DNA from: an uncultured virus (IMG/VR IMGVR_UViG_3300023081_000010)
Lineage: Duplodnaviria > Heunggongvirae > Uroviricota > Caudoviricetes
Direction: 5' to 3' (one strand)
Length of the DNA: 20,000 nt
Virus record (IMG/VR): IMGVR_UViG_3300023081_000010
The notes beneath the pieces were generated by a model. The model made no database searches and was not told the origin of the DNA. It worked only from the letters and a program-made list of their open reading frames with translations. How positions within the stretch are numbered: the stretch's first letter is position 1; each line of letters begins with the position of its first letter. Shown piece by piece: positions 16,873 to 20,000 of this stretch. A program made the position numbers and the translations under genes.

Positions 16873-16901
16873 ATGCTCCGCTCACAAAGCGGAGCATTTT
16901 T
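16873..16901 (+). terminator. Rho-independent terminator after pqqA
   Basis: ATGCTCCGCT-CACAA-AGCGGAGCAT perfect 10-bp stem followed by TTTT. Confidence 0.85.
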
Positions 16902-16927
16902 AGTTAACATTCTCAAAAGGAATTATT

Positions 16928-17089
16928 ATGAAAGTTGTTGTAAGGGAGATACCTGAACCTTTCGAAGGACAACAAGCACTAGATCAAAATGGTAACCTTG
17001 CTGTCTTTAGTAAAGGAAATTGGTTATCTAAAGATGAATATGATCGCGGAGTCTATCTAAGACTATTAGATATAGGCGACTGCGTTTAG
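16928..17089 (+). CDS. Small hypothetical protein (53 aa)
   Basis: Not in the ORF track. MKVVVREIPEPFEGQQALDQNGNLAVFSKGNWLSKDEYDRGVYLRLLDIGDCV*. AAAGGA RBS at 16916-16921, and it fills the gap up to the next gene. Confidence 0.7.
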   Translation: MKVVVREIPEPFEGQQALDQNGNLAVFSKGNWLSKDEYDRGVYLRLLDIGDCV

Positions 17090-17098
17090 GAAGTAAAA

Positions 17099-17323
17099 AT
17101 GGATAAAGCACCAAACCCAAGCGGTTGGGGTTTATTGTTAATCATTGGTTTATTTGCATTTTTAATTTGGTATGGACCTATAAGTAAAGAACCTGATATG
17201 CATGAAAGTGTACAGCACGGTACTATTCATTGCGATCAAGATCCTAAAACACTATCAAACATACAATTAGAAATCTGCATAGACATACAATCATTTAATA
17301 AAGGATCAGACTATGACAGGTAG
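17099..17323 (+). CDS. Small single-pass membrane protein (74 aa)
   Basis: Hydrophobic segment WGLLLIIGLFAFLIWY, then a hydrophilic tail with two Cys. AGGA RBS upstream. Confidence 0.7.
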   Translation: MDKAPNPSGWGLLLIIGLFAFLIWYGPISKEPDMHESVQHGTIHCDQDPKTLSNIQLEICIDIQSFNKGSDYDR

Positions 17324-17477
17324 AATGATGTTTATTGCTGCACTTATGTCAGGCTGTGCAGGTTATGACATAGAATGGCAAAGAGGCGAAACATACGATC
17401 CTGTAGTTTTAGCAGCGTGTAAGGTCGACACAGATGACACAGATTGGCCTTGTATGGAAGAAAACGGCTGCGCTTAA
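17313..17477 (+). CDS. Small putative lipoprotein (54 aa)
   Basis: Not in the ORF track. MTGRMMFIAALMSGCAGYDIEWQRGETYDPVVLAACKVDTDDTDWPCMEENGCA*. Basic residue, hydrophobic stretch and a lipobox-like LMSG-C15. AAAGGA RBS at 17300-17305. Confidence 0.65.
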   Translation: MTGRMMFIAALMSGCAGYDIEWQRGETYDPVVLAACKVDTDDTDWPCMEENGCA

Positions 17478-17509
17478 AAACTTTGGAATAAAAAAATTTA
17501 AGAATCTTG

Positions 17510-17538
17510 TTGACAAGATAAATAAAAGAGCACATAAT
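17510..17538 (+). promoter_or_regulatory. Sigma70-type promoter for the gp32-uvsX operon, with an embedded late motif
   Basis: TTGACA (17510-17515), 17-nt spacer, CATAAT (17533-17538). TAAATA at 17519-17524 lies inside the spacer. Confidence 0.7.
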
Positions 17539-17599
17539 ACATATTGTGCATTAGGCATAAATGACATTTTTACATTAGGCAACAAAGGAGGCTACAAAA

Positions 17600-18583
17600 A
17601 TGGCAACATTAGCAGAAATCCGAGCTAAACTTCAAGAAGCTCAAACACGTACATCTGGAAACACAGGTGGCGGCGATAACGCAGTTTACCCACATTGGAA
17701 TATGCAAGAAGGCAAAGAAGCCGTGGTAAGGTTCTTACCAGATGGTAACTCAGCCAACACATTCTTTTGGGTTGAACGTGCAATGATCAAACTTCCATTT
17801 GCGGGAGTTAAAGGCGAGTCAGACAATCGTCAAACAATTGTTCAGGTTCCATGCGTGGAAATGTACAATGACGGTACTACTTGTCCGATCCTATCTGAAG
17901 TACGTGGCTGGTTTAAAGACAAGTCACTAGAAGATATGGGCCGTAAGTATTGGAAAAAGCGTTCATACATTTTCCAAGGCTTTGTTTCAGATGATCCACT
18001 AAACGAAGAAACTACCCCAGATAATCCAATTAGACGTTTTATTATTGGACCACAAATTTTCCAAATTATTAAAAGTGCTTTAATGGATCCTGAGTTGGAA
18101 GAACTTCCAACAGATTATCTAAAAGGCGTAGACTTTAGAATTAAGAAAACTTCTAAAGGCGGCTATGCTGATTACTCAACATCACAATGGTCACGTAGAG
18201 AAAGATCATTAACTGATGAAGAACAAGCAGCAGTTGATAGTCATGGATTGTTTAACTTATCAGACTTCTTACCTAAGAAGCCAACTGAAGTTGAACTTAA
18301 AGTAATGAAAGAAATGTTTGAAGCGTCAGTAGACGGTGAAGCATATGATATGGAACGTTGGGGACAATACTTCCGTCCAGCAGGTATGTCACAGCAGACA
18401 GGTGATCCGAATGTAACAAGTAAGGCAGCACCATCTGCACCGGCAGCAGCAACTCCAACTCCAGCGGCAGAGCCAGTAACTGAAACAGCAGCACCAGCGG
18501 CTGAAGAATCTACAGCAGGTAATGACAGCGCAAATAGAGCGCAAGATATTCTTGCAATGATTCGTAACAGACAACAAGGCTAA
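17600..18583 (+). CDS. Single-stranded DNA-binding protein (T4 gp32-like)
   Basis: AVVRFLPD, Cys pair (PC...CPI), YWKKRSY, IGPQIFQII, GVDFRIKK..KGGYADYSTS and an Ala/Pro-rich tail. AAGGAGG RBS; adjacent to uvsX. Confidence 0.9.
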   Translation: MATLAEIRAKLQEAQTRTSGNTGGGDNAVYPHWNMQEGKEAVVRFLPDGNSANTFFWVERAMIKLPFAGVKGESDNRQTIVQVPCVEMYNDGTTCPILSEVRGWFKDKSLEDMGRKYWKKRSYIFQGFVSDDPLNEETTPDNPIRRFIIGPQIFQIIKSALMDPELEELPTDYLKGVDFRIKKTSKGGYADYSTSQWSRRERSLTDEEQAAVDSHGLFNLSDFLPKKPTEVELKVMKEMFEASVDGEAYDMERWGQYFRPAGMSQQTGDPNVTSKAAPSAPAAATPTPAAEPVTETAAPAAEESTAGNDSANRAQDILAMIRNRQQG

Positions 18584-18593
18584 TAAAAAATAC

Positions 18594-18618
18594 ATAGGGA
18601 GTGCTAGTCACTCCCTAT
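18594..18618. other. Intergenic stem-loop between SSB and UvsX genes
   Basis: ATAGGGAGTG-CTAGT-CACTCCCTAT perfect 10-bp stem. No T tract on +; an A tract upstream gives a T tract on -. Confidence 0.65.
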
Positions 18619-18639
18619 AGTATATGGAAGGAGATAAAC

Positions 18640-19722
18640 ATGGCAAAACCATTTGATATTAGTAAATTTAGAAAAAGCCTTACTAAAAGTATTGACGGAC
18701 TTGGTATTGGTTTTAATGATCCCACTGATTGGGTTAGCACAGGTAACTATGCACTCAATTATTTGATCAGTGGAGATTTTCACAAAGGTGTTCCGTTAGG
18801 AAAGGTAACTGTATTTGCAGGTGAATCAGGTAGTGGTAAATCATACTTCTGTTCAGCAAATATTGTTAAAGCAGCACAAGATCAAGGTATCTTTGTAGTT
18901 CTTATTGACTCAGAGAACGCACTTGACGAACAATGGTTGCAGGCACTTAATGTTGATACAAGTGAAGAAAAATTACTTAAACTTAACATGAGTATGATCG
19001 ACGATGTCGCTAAAACTATTTCAGAATTTATGAAAGAGTATAGAGAAATGGCAGAAGAAGATCGTCCGAAAGTATTGTTTGTAATTGATTCACTAGGTAT
19101 GCTACTGACTCCAACAGATGTTGATCAGTTTGACAAGGGTGATTTAAAAGGTGATATGGGTCGTAAGCCTAAAGCACTAACAGCACTTGTTCGTAATTCG
19201 GTTAATATGTTTGGTTCACATAATGTAGGACTTGTAGCAACTAATCACACTTATGCATCACAAGATATGTTTGATCCAGATGATAAAATCTCAGGTGGTC
19301 AAGGCTTTATCTATGCAAGTTCAATTGTAGTAGCAATGCGTAAATTGAAACTGAAAGAAGATGAAGACGGTAACAAAGTAACTGATGTACGTGGTATTAG
19401 AGCGGCTTGTAAAGTAATGAAAACTCGTTACGCAAAACCGTTTGAAGCAGTACAGGTTAAGATTCCATATGAAACAGGAATGGATCCTTATTCAGGACTG
19501 GTTGATTTATTCGAAGGTAAAGGTATTTTGAAAAAAGAAGGCAATAGACTTAAATACACTGACCTTGCAGGCAATGACCATATTGAGTATCGTAAAGCGT
19601 GGGTTGGAGATAAATTAGATATGATAATCTCAGACCTTAATGCTAAACCAGAACTCATTGATCAAGAAGAAGTTGTTGAGGAAACTAGCAAGGAGGCTGA
19701 AGTAGCAACTAGTGGAGAATAA
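18640..19722 (+). CDS. uvsX: RecA-like recombinase UvsX
   Basis: Walker A GESGSGKS, DSENALD, Walker B VIDSLG, DMG, NHTY and SGG motifs. The true start is probably ATG 18640 (AAGGAG at 18628-18633); the track's GTG 18601 lies within a hairpin. Confidence 0.93.
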   Translation: MAKPFDISKFRKSLTKSIDGLGIGFNDPTDWVSTGNYALNYLISGDFHKGVPLGKVTVFAGESGSGKSYFCSANIVKAAQDQGIFVVLIDSENALDEQWLQALNVDTSEEKLLKLNMSMIDDVAKTISEFMKEYREMAEEDRPKVLFVIDSLGMLLTPTDVDQFDKGDLKGDMGRKPKALTALVRNSVNMFGSHNVGLVATNHTYASQDMFDPDDKISGGQGFIYASSIVVAMRKLKLKEDEDGNKVTDVRGIRAACKVMKTRYAKPFEAVQVKIPYETGMDPYSGLVDLFEGKGILKKEGNRLKYTDLAGNDHIEYRKAWVGDKLDMIISDLNAKPELIDQEEVVEETSKEAEVATSGE

Positions 19723-19959
19723 ATGAATATGAATCAAGATTTAATCGCTGATATTTGGAACATGATGTCTGAACATATTGCTGAAAACAAAAAACGTGAT
19801 TTAGCAAAAGAGTATATTAATACACTGTTAGACTATGGTGTGAGCGAACAAGTTATTGAGGGGTTATTTGGCATTGACACATATCTCGACGAAGCAGTTG
19901 AATATGTTATCGATGAAGACTCATATGATGAACCTGATGATAATGACGAGTGGGACTAA
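19723..19959 (+). CDS. Small acidic hypothetical protein (78 aa)
   Basis: Abuts the uvsX stop, has a GGAG RBS, and overlaps the next gene by TAATG. Confidence 0.75.
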   Translation: MNMNQDLIADIWNMMSEHIAENKKRDLAKEYINTLLDYGVSEQVIEGLFGIDTYLDEAVEYVIDEDSYDEPDDNDEWD

Positions 19960-20000
19960 TGAATTGGTACGATAAAGTATCTAAGAACATTTCTAATATT
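19959..20000 (+). CDS. Start of next gene (MNWYDKVSKNISNI...), possibly UvsY-like; truncated
   Basis: TAATG overlap and open to the window end. Only 14 codons are visible, so the product is guessed from context. Confidence 0.4.
   Translation, partial: MNWYDKVSKNISNI

Noticed and set aside
16695..16916. 73-aa minus-strand ORF covering the pqqA locus
   Set aside because: Antisense to pqqA and runs through its terminator. The + strand has the RBS, family motif and terminator.
17344..17628. Track ORFs 17434..17628 (+) and 17344..17535 (-)
   Set aside because: They overlap the better-supported lipoprotein ORF, the gp32 promoter and the gp32 start; no RBS.
1..20000. CRISPR array, tRNA, intron/intein, or recoded stop codons
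   Set aside because: No repeat-spacer pattern or cloverleaf seen. Terminase and UvsX are of normal length and uninterrupted, and genes read through in the standard code.

Overview
This window is part of a large, AT-rich T4-like (myovirus) phage genome. It carries late morphogenesis genes (gp15-, gp14- and gp13-like neck/tail-completion proteins, an enlarged 1115-aa tail sheath, tail tube, a tube-like baseplate protein, gp4 head-completion nuclease, small and large terminase, several probable internal head proteins), a dNMP kinase under a perfect sigma70 promoter, and the start of a replication/recombination module (gp32 SSB, UvsX/RecA). The standout is absent from the ORF track: a 23-aa ORF at 16782..16853 (MWTKPVAEEMRFGFEVTMYIMNK) with its own RBS and terminator. 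It reads as the PQQ precursor peptide PqqA of the Methylophilaceae type, with no pqqBCDE in the window. This suggests a phage auxiliary gene that feeds host PQQ synthesis, and a methylotroph host. A second theme is a TAAATA late-promoter motif placed mostly exactly 5 nt before the ATG of many late genes, implying leaderless late mRNAs. All family assignments come from recognising motifs by eye; no database search was run.
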